A stretch of DNA of 61,529 nucleotides from the IMG/VR virus record IMGVR_UViG_3300030098_003632, positions 1 through 61,529 of that record; one strand, given 5' to 3'. Source of the DNA: a virus (taxonomy: Duplodnaviria; Caudoviricetes). The notes below the pieces were generated by a model. It searched no databases. It was not told where the DNA came from and saw only the letters and a program-made list of their open reading frames with translations. Position numbers and translations under genes: made by a program. Below are positions 27,982 to 36,409 of this stretch, one piece after another; positions within the stretch are counted from its first letter, which is position 1; the number at the start of each line of letters is the position of its first letter.

Positions 27982-28914
27982 CTATAGTTCTATATCGTCA
28001 AATACGTCACACTCTTCTAGTACCTTATGCTCGTAGTCATAGACGTGAGCAATGCTTTCAGACTTATTAACTATCTGATTAAACTCCTTTAGATCTTCAA
28101 AGATGGGTTTATATATAGCCAAGTCTTTCCTATATTTTTCAGCCAGTGCCTTTACGGTACCGTCCTGAGAACTTTTATTTTCCAGGACATGCTGCATTGT
28201 TTTTATGTCGTTCTTTACCTGACTAAATAATGCTGAGACTCCTTCAGCGTCATGCTTTGGATGGAATACCATAAAGTCTGCCAGCTTAGCAATCTCATGG
28301 TACCCTGAGAACAACTCATCTGGGTCATGTATCCATAGAAGTTTAGGGCCCATCTCAACTGTCTTTTCAAATATCTCACCAAGTATTTCCGGGATGATGT
28401 TATTCATCTGGGCGGCGGAGTATTTATATTCTTCGTCAGGCCATATGTCATAGAAGAATTGCTTAAACATTGAGAGAGTGGTGTCGGTTGTTTGATTACC
28501 ATCCTTCATGTCCTGTGCAGTTAGATGGAAACGTGGCCGAGGCCTTCCATCTTCTGCTGTTGGATCAGATAATTCAACATCCACCCAGGCTAAGTCTTTA
28601 TAAACTTTCCTGCCGTTTATCTCCTTGGTTGCATAACCTATCCGCCACTTATCTCTGAAGACATCCTTGGCATATTTAGTCCATAGCCCTTCGACAAGCA
28701 GTTTATCTGACTTGTCTCCAGACCATTTCTTTAGCTTGGAAAATGCTTTGCTAAATGTATACTCCATATTCTTGAATGGATTTACCTTGGGAATTTCCAT
28801 AAATCTATCAAGGCTATTCTGTTGGAGTGCTTGCTCCACCAGATACTTCTCCGTCCTCTTGGCTTTCCACAGGACTATCGTCCCCATTATGTTGGTGCTT
28901 TTCCGTTCGGTCAT
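27982..28914 (-). CDS. Hypothetical protein preceding MoxR-vWA
   Basis: 310-aa ORF in the early operon. Confidence 0.7.
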   Translation of the reverse strand: MTERKSTNIMGTIVLWKAKRTEKYLVEQALQQNSLDRFMEIPKVNPFKNMEYTFSKAFSKLKKWSGDKSDKLLVEGLWTKYAKDVFRDKWRIGYATKEINGRKVYKDLAWVDVELSDPTAEDGRPRPRFHLTAQDMKDGNQTTDTTLSMFKQFFYDIWPDEEYKYSAAQMNNIIPEILGEIFEKTVEMGPKLLWIHDPDELFSGYHEIAKLADFMVFHPKHDAEGVSALFSQVKNDIKTMQHVLENKSSQDGTVKALAEKYRKDLAIYKPIFEDLKEFNQIVNKSESIAHVYDYEHKVLEECDVFDDIEL

Positions 28915-29212
28915 TTTGACTATCCCTTTCTAATGCTTCTTGAATTATTTCTGCTTGCTCATTCATCCTCAGGTAGAGCGTGCGTAAATCATTGACATCC
29001 AGAGGTCTGCTTCCAGTGATGTCGTCACCTGGCAGGTAAACTCCCTGCGACATTCCTACTATGTTGTGAAAGCATCCTGCTAACATAGATAGACATGTCA
29101 CTATTTTGTTTTCCTCCAGCTCCTCTGGTCTAAAGAATAATTTTGTTGTGTCTTTCTCTCCGTTCTCGTCCTCAGTTGTTACCCTGAGTACATAGATTGT
29201 TTCTTTATTCAT
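28814..29212 (-). CDS. Hypothetical protein
   Basis: 132-aa ORF with GGAG SD; 3' end overlaps the next gene. Confidence 0.55.
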   Translation of the reverse strand: MNKETIYVLRVTTEDENGEKDTTKLFFRPEELEENKIVTCLSMLAGCFHNIVGMSQGVYLPGDDITGSRPLDVNDLRTLYLRMNEQAEIIQEALERDSQNDRTEKHQHNGDDSPVESQEDGEVSGGASTPTE

Positions 29213-29369
29213 TAAATTCTCTCCAGTTGATTAATGGTTTAACTTCTGAAAGCATTTGGAATTTCATTTCCATATACTCCTGATCTCTTTCAGCCATCTT
29301 GTCTAGGTAGGCATGGTAGTCATCGACTTCACTTTGCTCTGCCTGGCTCATGATTTGGTCTGCGTCCAT
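29205..29369 (-). CDS. Hypothetical small protein (54 aa, not in ORF track)
   Basis: MDADQIMSQ...WREFNE*; GGAG SD; fills the gap exactly. Confidence 0.55.
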   Translation of the reverse strand: MDADQIMSQAEQSEVDDYHAYLDKMAERDQEYMEMKFQMLSEVKPLINWREFNE

Positions 29370-29373
29370 TTGG

Positions 29374-29775
29374 TTACTCCAGTCCTGCTAATTCATTTAC
29401 ATGTTTGCGTACAGTTTCAGTTAGCCAGCTCTTATTCATACCGTCTGACATATCCACCTTGAAGTCATTCAAGTATTCCAGCATGTTTTCGGTTGGCATA
29501 TCTTCATCCTTAAAGTTTGCTACCTGTGCATATATCTGAGCTAGGTCTTCACCACAGCACACATCTTCAAACAGTGCATCCTTGCCATCACCCTGCCATT
29601 TCATTCGGTTGCCGGTTGGGTCATAAATCTCTAAGTCCATTGAGTCCCAGCATAGTGCTGGCTCGCCTGTTACCTTCTCGGTAATCTTCTGTTGTTTGTA
29701 TAGCCTGTGTAATACACTCCATCCGTTACTGAACTTTACGATTGAATAGTCGCCATGGATCTGATATTCCAACAT
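29374..29775 (-). CDS. Hypothetical early protein
   Basis: 133 aa; AAGGAG SD. Confidence 0.7.
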   Translation of the reverse strand: MLEYQIHGDYSIVKFSNGWSVLHRLYKQQKITEKVTGEPALCWDSMDLEIYDPTGNRMKWQGDGKDALFEDVCCGEDLAQIYAQVANFKDEDMPTENMLEYLNDFKVDMSDGMNKSWLTETVRKHVNELAGLE

Positions 29776-29989
29776 CTCTATCTCCTTGTGTTATTAAACT
29801 ACGAAAGTGAATCGCGGAGCGAATTCACAAAAGCAAAGCGTCTTTCGTAGTGGTGGTTGAATTAATATGCCCCCCTTCGATGGGCGCCAGACGGCCACTG
29901 GATGAATTGTTTTTCGTCTAAGCTACCTCTGGACAGCTTGCCCCTCGCTCGCTAAATAAAAAAATAAAAATGAACAAGATGTCCTTGTC

Positions 29990-30044
29990 AAAATAAAAAA
30001 AATAAGCATGGACAGCCTATCTTGTCAGACAGACCATCCATGCT
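29990..30044 (-). terminator. 18-bp hairpin plus U-tract (terminator or RNase III-type site)
   Basis: Minus strand AGCAUGGAUGGUCUGUCU-GACA-AGAUAGGCUGUCCAUGCU then a U-rich run; four G-U pairs fix the strand. Confidence 0.75.
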
Positions 30045-30064
30045 CGGAGGAAAGAACTTGGTGA

Positions 30065-30730
30065 TTAACCGTAGATGTCCTTCAATTCTGAGGACGTTAC
30101 TCCTTCATATGGAGTTCTACCCATGATTCTCAGTGGTGTAGCATGAGTATCAAAGAGGAAGTTCTTGAGACCGACAACAATTCTCTTGTCGGGTGTTTCA
30201 TATGTGTTGTGGCGACCATGCCCTAATACATGCCAACCATGAATAATTGCTGTATACCAATACTCTTTGGGACACATGTTACCATCGAAGGCTTCGTACC
30301 TGAAGCATCCATCTTCTTTGTCTTCAACGAGATCAAGTAATCTAAAGGCAATAGGTATTCCAATGATTGAACCATCTTTCTGTGTATGGGTCACCATTGT
30401 CTTGACGTGCCTAATAAACTCTATACCATTGACGTTTACTTGCTCGATAATCTGGCAATACGGAACCTGATTTGACTGAACCTTAACTGTTTCCAGAAAA
30501 TAGGTTGGCTTTAGCTTACGCTTCTTGCCTGTCTTATCGTCTGTTACTTCCCGTTGATCTGCTAGGTAATGCTTTAAGTTACCTGCTTCATCGTACTTGA
30601 ACGGATCGAACTCACCTAACTCGTTGTGATGTTCTGTTGCGTTCGGCATGTAGACTGCGGTCTCGTTGTACCATTCTTCGATTGAAGCATCGTGATGTGG
30701 TACGTTCATCAATTCTTTGTAAACTGCCAT
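30065..30730 (-). CDS. Hypothetical early protein
   Basis: 221 aa; AGGAG SD. Confidence 0.75.
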   Translation of the reverse strand: MAVYKELMNVPHHDASIEEWYNETAVYMPNATEHHNELGEFDPFKYDEAGNLKHYLADQREVTDDKTGKKRKLKPTYFLETVKVQSNQVPYCQIIEQVNVNGIEFIRHVKTMVTHTQKDGSIIGIPIAFRLLDLVEDKEDGCFRYEAFDGNMCPKEYWYTAIIHGWHVLGHGRHNTYETPDKRIVVGLKNFLFDTHATPLRIMGRTPYEGVTSSELKDIYG

Positions 30731-30780
30731 TTTATATCTCCTAAATGACGATTAAAAGTTATGTAAGAACCCAGTTGTCC

Positions 30781-31068
30781 TTACACTTTTCCTACCATTC
30801 TTATCTCTCTTACATATGGCATCTCTATCCCTGTCCTATATGAGACTTCTAGATACCATGTGATTAGTTTGTAGTCGAATATATTTATTTTTCCTTTCTC
30901 TATGAGCTGATTTAGTTCTTTGTCTGCTTTACTTCTGATAAAGTTATTCACATCCTCCTGTGTGATTTCATAGTCTAGTTCTCTATCTGCTCCTGATTCT
31001 GCCTGTGCTATGTGATACTCTTCTTCATACTTGGTATACATTTGGCAGGCTTTTGCGAAATTATCCAT
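30781..31068 (-). CDS. Hypothetical early protein
   Basis: 95 aa; overlaps the upstream gene. Confidence 0.6.
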   Translation of the reverse strand: MDNFAKACQMYTKYEEEYHIAQAESGADRELDYEITQEDVNNFIRSKADKELNQLIEKGKINIFDYKLITWYLEVSYRTGIEMPYVREIRMVGKV

Positions 31069-31282
31069 TTACTTTCTCCAGTTTTTCTATGAGGTCTTTA
31101 GTCCAGAATGTCACTAGCTTTTCTACTTCTGGCGATCCCTCCTCTTCTATTAACGATTTGATTGCGTATTTGAAACATTTGAACCAGTCGTGGTTGTTTC
31201 TTGCTACTTCTATGTCTGCGTAGTCTGTGGCTACGTTAATGAATAGTGATGCTTGTTTAATTGTTTGTTTGACTGCATCCAT
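31061..31282 (-). CDS. Hypothetical early protein
   Basis: 73 aa; AAGGAG SD. Confidence 0.65.
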   Translation of the reverse strand: MDAVKQTIKQASLFINVATDYADIEVARNNHDWFKCFKYAIKSLIEEEGSPEVEKLVTFWTKDLIEKLEKVNG

Positions 31283-31292
31283 TGCAATCTCC

Positions 31293-31562
31293 TTATATTG
31301 GAAGCCTTTGATCTTCTTGATCGAATTTGGTTGAAAACGGTGGTGTTATTGGACGTATTTCTATGTCCATTCTTTCGTCATCGTCTAAGGTTCTTATTGC
31401 ATAGGCGACATTGATTAGGTCTTCTATGTATCTACCTTCTACTGCTGGTACGCTCATGATTATTTCTTGGCCTACCGGATCGCTGACTGTTACTGTGAAG
31501 CTGATGTATATGTTTCTAGAAATCATAGCCACATCCTTCGCAAAATGGGTTGTTCTCTGCAT
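31293..31562 (-). CDS. Hypothetical early protein
   Basis: 89-aa ORF in the operon; start uncertain. Confidence 0.5.
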   Translation of the reverse strand: MQRTTHFAKDVAMISRNIYISFTVTVSDPVGQEIIMSVPAVEGRYIEDLINVAYAIRTLDDDERMDIEIRPITPPFSTKFDQEDQRLPI

Positions 31563-31866
31563 CTACTAAGAGTTGTCCTCCTACAAACTCTTCTCCAAAC
31601 AAACGCTTTGCACATCGTGTACAGTGGTTGTCTACTCTAGGTCTATATGTCTCATTCCACTCTACGTGCATGGGCTCTAATAGTCCTTCATATCCTCTTT
31701 CAAAAGACCATGTTATGATTGGTAGTCCGTCCATTGTCTTAACATATATCACATCTGTCCTTTTGCTTTCTTTGGCGTATCTATATGTTTTGTATAGATC
31801 CCAAATCAATGCTAATCCAAACATGGATGCTGCTATGCTTATCACTGATAATGCTACATATTCCAT
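31516..31866 (-). CDS. N-terminal TM protein with C-terminal Zn ribbon
   Basis: Hydrophobic N-terminus; CTRC...CEGC; GGAGG SD. Confidence 0.6.
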   Translation of the reverse strand: MEYVALSVISIAASMFGLALIWDLYKTYRYAKESKRTDVIYVKTMDGLPIITWSFERGYEGLLEPMHVEWNETYRPRVDNHCTRCAKRLFGEEFVGGQLLVDAENNPFCEGCGYDF

Positions 31867-31868
31867 TG

Positions 31869-32081
31869 TTAAATCCTCCAGTAGTTATTAGTTTCTAATG
31901 CTATTTCTGCTTCTTCTTTGAATCTGTAGTAACCTGACTCTCGTGAGTATGGGCCACACTGATTACAGAAGAAACCAACGTAGTATCCAGCACCTGAGCT
32001 GCACACCTGTATCTCTAGTCCTGTATTACAACCAGAACATAATGTCTTTGTGTCATTAACACATTCACCCGGCATTACCAT
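31869..32081 (-). CDS. Small Cys-rich phage protein
   Basis: CSGC...VCSSGAGYYVGFFCNQCGPYSRESGYY. Confidence 0.6.
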   Translation of the reverse strand: MVMPGECVNDTKTLCSGCNTGLEIQVCSSGAGYYVGFFCNQCGPYSRESGYYRFKEEAEIALETNNYWRI

Positions 32082-32295
32082 CTTTAGTCTCCTCTTCCCA
32101 AGGCAGCGATGCCACTACTGCATCAACCACGCCTAGTTGTTCTTTAGTCATTGGCCAATCAATCATCATGTATTTCTTCATCCTCCTGATTGTCCATGTA
32201 TACATCTCGGGTTTTGTTGGCGTATGTATTTGTTCAACGAAATACCTATATGCCTCATCTACAACCCGTGCTTCTCTTTCTGTTAGGGTTACCAT
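32065..32295 (-). CDS. Hypothetical early protein
   Basis: 76 aa; AGGAG SD. Confidence 0.65.
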   Translation of the reverse strand: MVTLTEREARVVDEAYRYFVEQIHTPTKPEMYTWTIRRMKKYMMIDWPMTKEQLGVVDAVVASLPWEEETKDGNAG

Positions 32296-32314
32296 TGTTT
32301 ACTCCTAAATAAAA

Positions 32315-32379
32315 TAGCCAGCCAGCTTTCGACCCCCACGGTCTAGTCTTGCGAGAGATTCAAGACAACTGACTGACTA
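32315..32379 (-). other. Structured intergenic RNA element (three-way junction plus U-tract)
   Basis: 13-bp closing stem with three G-U pairs enclosing two hairpins. Confidence 0.6.
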
Positions 32380-32396
32380 CCCAGTTCTAAATACTA

Positions 32397-32564
32397 TTAC
32401 TTACCGAAGAGCCACGACTCTACTTCTTTGTGCGACATCTCCAACATCTCATTACTACCAACAGCTACTAACTGCACAGTCTTATTGGTTATGTTGATTA
32501 CTGTATAGGTGACACCTTCTGCATCCTCTACCTTTGATCCAACACTCATGATTGCTTCAGCCAT
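32397..32564 (-). CDS. First early gene, small hypothetical protein (55 aa, not in ORF track)
   Basis: MAEAIMSVGSKVEDAEG...WLFGK*; AGGAG SD. Confidence 0.55.
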   Translation of the reverse strand: MAEAIMSVGSKVEDAEGVTYTVINITNKTVQLVAVGSNEMLEMSHKEVESWLFGK

Positions 32565-32945
32565 CTCTACTTACTCCTAGTACATACTTACTAAATGATC
32601 TAATACTCCTTAGATACTTACACCCTCACTACACACTCTGTATTAATCATCCCCCCACCGTTAACACTTTGTGTTTACTTATTACCCTTGCCTACTGCCT
32701 AGCGAGGGGCAAGCGAGACACTACGACTTGGGTGTGTGTCAATTCTTTTTGTACGTCTGGCCATACGCTCTACTAACTAACTTGCTTGAAGAAAGACCAC
32801 CCCCAACGTCCCCCATTGCGGATTGACATATATAATGTCCCACTCACAGATTTTTTCAGGTTTCTAAGCCAAAAGGCGGCGATCTCCTCCATAAATCCAG
32901 CAAAATGGTCGCTCGCGTTTGTTTTTTACCTGCAATGGCTCAGAC

Positions 32946-32971
32946 TGCGGAAATAATTTCCGCACTTTTAA
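32946..32971. promoter_or_regulatory. Palindromic operator-like site, copy 1 (TGCGGAAA-N3-TTTCCGCA)
   Basis: Recurs at 36723-36749 and 60681-60707; TATAAT at 33009. Confidence 0.7.
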
Positions 32972-33058
32972 TTTCAGGTTTACCTGTCATAAAGCTGGTT
33001 TATTTCTATATAATCGAGCTATACGACGTATAAAACAATTTCTCAGGAGATTTCAACG

Positions 33059-33616
33059 ATGCCAGAAGTAAATGGTGTTAAATACCCTTACACTCCTCAG
33101 GGCATGAAACAGGCCGAAGAAGCGCGAAATAAATTAAATCAGGGGCCTGGATTCGACTTTTTGCCTGGCTGGGAGAATCGAATACCGCCAATGGGCACTC
33201 ATGGGCCTATATCACCTACAGGGCCGTGGTCAAACGCTCCAGATCCGATAGATTCAGGAGCGCCGGAGACATGGAACCCATTGCCGGGATATGACACTAG
33301 TGGGTTGCCGATATTCAATCCTCCGACCCCAAGATACCCAATCACGCCTGCACCAGTTCATGAGGCTCCAATACCTCCACTTGAGGCTGAATTGATGCCT
33401 ATGCCCCCTCAGATTCCTCTCACAACAAAGGATCTGAATATGCCTATCCCAGGCACGGCTAATACGAATCAGGTGCCAACATTCCCTAATTCAATGCCGT
33501 TAGGCAAGATGCCAGCTCCACAACCACCTCAGGAACCTAGATTTCAGATTCCAAAGCAGGACTGGAACAAATCGCCAAGGTATGCAGACCCCAGTAAAAT
33601 CGGAGGAATCCAATAA
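33059..33616 (+). CDS. Pro-rich disordered protein
   Basis: AGGAG SD; N-terminal MPEVNGVKYPYTPQGMKQA; contains IPPMGTHGPISPT. Confidence 0.65.
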   Translation: MPEVNGVKYPYTPQGMKQAEEARNKLNQGPGFDFLPGWENRIPPMGTHGPISPTGPWSNAPDPIDSGAPETWNPLPGYDTSGLPIFNPPTPRYPITPAPVHEAPIPPLEAELMPMPPQIPLTTKDLNMPIPGTANTNQVPTFPNSMPLGKMPAPQPPQEPRFQIPKQDWNKSPRYADPSKIGGIQ

Positions 33617-34239
33617 TGCCGCGATTTCCACAGACAACTAATTTTAAGATAATGACCCCCCAGAGCCAGCCAACAGTGCACGGTAATTGGGTTGAGCCCA
33701 TGGGACACAATAACCCCTTTGTTCCAGACCCAATGGAGGCGATTAATCCGGAATACTACAACCCTCAGTGGGCTGGGCCATATACCCCTGGGCCTAATTT
33801 TTATCACCCAGATTATCCGTATGTAGGGAATGCCAACCCATTGCCAGGCCCATGGCATCCAGGTTATCCAACAGATCGAATCCCAAGGTACGAGCCTAAG
33901 AATCCTGCCCCACCTGAACCATCACCATTCCCAAACCCAGGTGGCCGTGGTGACAAAACACCTATGCCTGCCCCACCTATGCGTGAGCCACTAATGCCCG
34001 GCCTTAGAGAAGATGGCCATGGAGGACAGAGACCACCTGTATTTCCACCAGGTAGAGGAATGGGTGGAGGGCAGGCTCCTGCCCCTGGTAATCCATTTGA
34101 TAAGCCTCCTGCGGAAGATCCATTCGGTAATCCTATTCCGCCACCGCCACTTCAGGGAGCTCTTGATGGGACGAGTGGTTCTTTCAATGTCCCTAGAGGC
34201 GGCGGGTTTCCCACTCGTCCAGGACAGGGAGGTCGATAA
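33616..34239 (+). CDS. Pro/Gly-rich disordered protein
   Basis: TAATG coupling at both ends. Confidence 0.65.
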   Translation: MPRFPQTTNFKIMTPQSQPTVHGNWVEPMGHNNPFVPDPMEAINPEYYNPQWAGPYTPGPNFYHPDYPYVGNANPLPGPWHPGYPTDRIPRYEPKNPAPPEPSPFPNPGGRGDKTPMPAPPMREPLMPGLREDGHGGQRPPVFPPGRGMGGGQAPAPGNPFDKPPAEDPFGNPIPPPPLQGALDGTSGSFNVPRGGGFPTRPGQGGR

Positions 34240-34484
34240 TGGCTGGAAATTGGTGGGGTAAGAACCCTTCACGGAATCAGAGACAGAGCCGGCCTCGGAG
34301 AGATTTCTATGGCCAGCACTCTAATGAACGAGACAATAGCCGCTTCAGACGGGATTTCTATGGGCAACACCCATGGGAGATAGATCAGGGTGCGATGGCA
34401 GCACGGAATATGCTGCGTAACCTGTCTCCGTTAGAGAAAGCCTTGATGGATTATCAAAGGCGATGGGAACGATTCTATCGTTAG
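34239..34484 (+). CDS. Small Arg-rich protein with duplicated RRDFYGQH
   Basis: TAATG coupling; the repeat is identical in protein but uses different codons. Confidence 0.6.
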   Translation: MAGNWWGKNPSRNQRQSRPRRDFYGQHSNERDNSRFRRDFYGQHPWEIDQGAMAARNMLRNLSPLEKALMDYQRRWERFYR

Positions 34485-34541
34485 TAAGTAGACACCAAAA
34501 ATTTTTTTGCGGCCGCGCGAGGCCAAAGTGGAGTAATAGAT

Positions 34542-35342
34542 ATGTTTCCAATTCCAGAACCATCTGATTGGCGCCGTAGAAGATGGATACACCCAGATCC
34601 TCCAGCAGGTCAGAATACATCCGGCCATTCGGCGGGAAGACAGAAATCATGGTTTCCTGTCCTAGGCGGTGTTTCGGTACCTCAAGCTACTTCTGCTCTT
34701 ACATCTGGCCAGCCTAGCTTTGAGCAATGGAAGGCAAGGCAGGGCAGAGGTCGCTCTCAAGGTGCCTTGCCATTTAGCCATGGCAGAAATGTAGGCGCTG
34801 GGCGAACAGCCAATCCGATGGATGATGCTTCAGGGGTGCCTAGCTTCGAGCAATGGCGTCGTAAGCATTCAGCAAATAGCTTCGGTAAATACCAAGCCGC
34901 TGGATTTAGAATGCCTGACGATAACCGACTGCAAAGAGACTTTGGGCATTGGGTTGCCCAGCCCATGCATGGAAAGCGTTCAGCTAGGCCAGGAGGCAGG
35001 GCAGATGACCAAGGGCCGTTCGTAGATCCAGCTACAGTTCCTGGCACGAAGCCATGGTTCTTAGCTCAGGCAAAGAAAAAGAAATGGCCACCTCAGGACA
35101 AAAGGGATGGCCAAAGACGAGGCTTTGGTCAAAGCGGACTGTCTCCTGCAAATAAAGGACGCAACAAACCATTCCCAGCAGGGAAAGATCCGCACGGTGG
35201 CAGGGGTGACGGTGCTGGCCCTGGTTGGGGTCTAGGCGGTGGTCAAGGCAGTGGCATGCAAAGCATGGGCTGGAGGGCTCCTACCGCAGAGCAACTTGCC
35301 CGGCTCGCTGCGTCAGGAGATCCTTGGAAGATATTATGGTAG
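34542..35342 (+). CDS. Arg/Gly/Trp-rich disordered protein
   Basis: GGAG SD; PSFEQW occurs twice. Confidence 0.6.
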   Translation: MFPIPEPSDWRRRRWIHPDPPAGQNTSGHSAGRQKSWFPVLGGVSVPQATSALTSGQPSFEQWKARQGRGRSQGALPFSHGRNVGAGRTANPMDDASGVPSFEQWRRKHSANSFGKYQAAGFRMPDDNRLQRDFGHWVAQPMHGKRSARPGGRADDQGPFVDPATVPGTKPWFLAQAKKKKWPPQDKRDGQRRGFGQSGLSPANKGRNKPFPAGKDPHGGRGDGAGPGWGLGGGQGSGMQSMGWRAPTAEQLARLAASGDPWKILW

Positions 35343-35346
35343 TCAT

Positions 35347-35547
35347 CTAATCTTCAGATAGAATAGAGTCCTCTTCAGCTTGTAGCATGTTGGAGAGGAC
35401 TCTTGCTTTTTGCCCGATGCTTACGCACACGGCATTTAATTCAGCGTTTTCAGATCTGCCTTCTTCTTGTGCGAGAACATTTGCAGCAGCTTCTAATGCG
35501 TTCTTCGCATATCTCATGTTACTCAGAAATAGTCTTGGATCTGCCAT
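35347..35547 (-). CDS. Hypothetical protein
   Basis: 66-aa helical ORF. Confidence 0.55.
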   Translation of the reverse strand: MADPRLFLSNMRYAKNALEAAANVLAQEEGRSENAELNAVCVSIGQKARVLSNMLQAEEDSILSED

Positions 35548-35767
35548 AGATGTCGTTTAGCTCCGCAAGTGTTTTGTGCATACTGTCTGCAAGCATGTAT
35601 GCCGATCTTAGATAAAGTGTCTCTCTTTCGTCGGTTTGAGTATACGCATCCAGAACCGAACGCAATGTTGAGACCATTACCTCCGAAGACTGGAGCAGGT
35701 TTGATGCGATCTTTTGTTTAGACCTCCGGTCGATGTTTTTATTTTTTGAACTTTTTCTGGAGCTCAT
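35519..35767 (-). CDS. Hypothetical protein
   Basis: 82-aa ORF. Confidence 0.55.
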   Translation of the reverse strand: MSSRKSSKNKNIDRRSKQKIASNLLQSSEVMVSTLRSVLDAYTQTDERETLYLRSAYMLADSMHKTLAELNDIYGRSKTISE

Positions 35768-35847
35768 TGTAAGACCTTACTTGCAGAATAAAAAATATCA
35801 TCGCAGCAGAGAACAAAAAGAATACGGCTGGGGTTTTGATCAGAAAA

Positions 35848-36183
35848 TCAATCAATGGAATCTCTCCGAATACATTCCTCTAGGTATGTAATTGCTTTCT
35901 TATAATCCTGCACTGCTGTATTGCCTTCTTTCTTTCCAGCTCTGCATATATACTTCAAGGCATTTCCAGCCCAGAAGTCTAGCTTCCATTCGTCAATAAC
36001 GTCCCATGGTTGTATTTCATGGTCATAGTGTTCAGGTGGTTCTTTGCGCGTCAACTCTTTAGTCCATCCACACTCTAGGCATTGTATATATTTTCTGATA
36101 GGGCTATTGCCGAATGAGCATCCATACCTTCTTAGTCTTTTGCTGTCGCATCTAGGGCATTTAGATGTCTTCCCGTTGCTCAT
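35848..36183 (-). CDS. Zn ribbon plus DUF3310 (SaV-like) protein
   Basis: CPRC...CLEC; PPEHY..EIQPWDVI...FWAGNALKYICRAGKK...DYKKAITYL. Confidence 0.8.
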   Translation of the reverse strand: MSNGKTSKCPRCDSKRLRRYGCSFGNSPIRKYIQCLECGWTKELTRKEPPEHYDHEIQPWDVIDEWKLDFWAGNALKYICRAGKKEGNTAVQDYKKAITYLEECIRRDSID

Positions 36184-36409
36184 ACTGCACGCATCCATAA
36201 TCACCTCTGGTATGTAATATTGCCGTTATTGTATCTTTATCGTCCAGCGGAAACCATGCGGGATCTCCATCGCCATCTATTCCGGCAATATATATAACCT
36301 GGGTAGTCAGTGTTTCATGCGCCTCTGGCGAAGTCAGCATACATTCCGACCAATTACTGTCTTCCATCGGCTCTCTCCAGTATAGGCAGGATCTGCAATT
36401 TGCACTCAT
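36161..36409 (-). CDS. Small Cys-containing hypothetical protein
   Basis: CRSCLYW...C...YGCVQY. Confidence 0.55.
   Translation of the reverse strand: MSANCRSCLYWREPMEDSNWSECMLTSPEAHETLTTQVIYIAGIDGDGDPAWFPLDDKDTITAILHTRGDYGCVQYEQREDI

Noticed and set aside
32315-32379. Hammerhead ribozyme
   Set aside because: Has stem-GAAA-stem topology but lacks the CUGANGA core, and the cleavage-site position would be G
32714-32742. Leftward promoter from TTGACA at 32742-32737
   Set aside because: No acceptable -10 box at 16-18 nt spacing
32823-32836. Sigma70 promoter TTGACA...TATAAT
   Set aside because: The two boxes are only 2 nt apart
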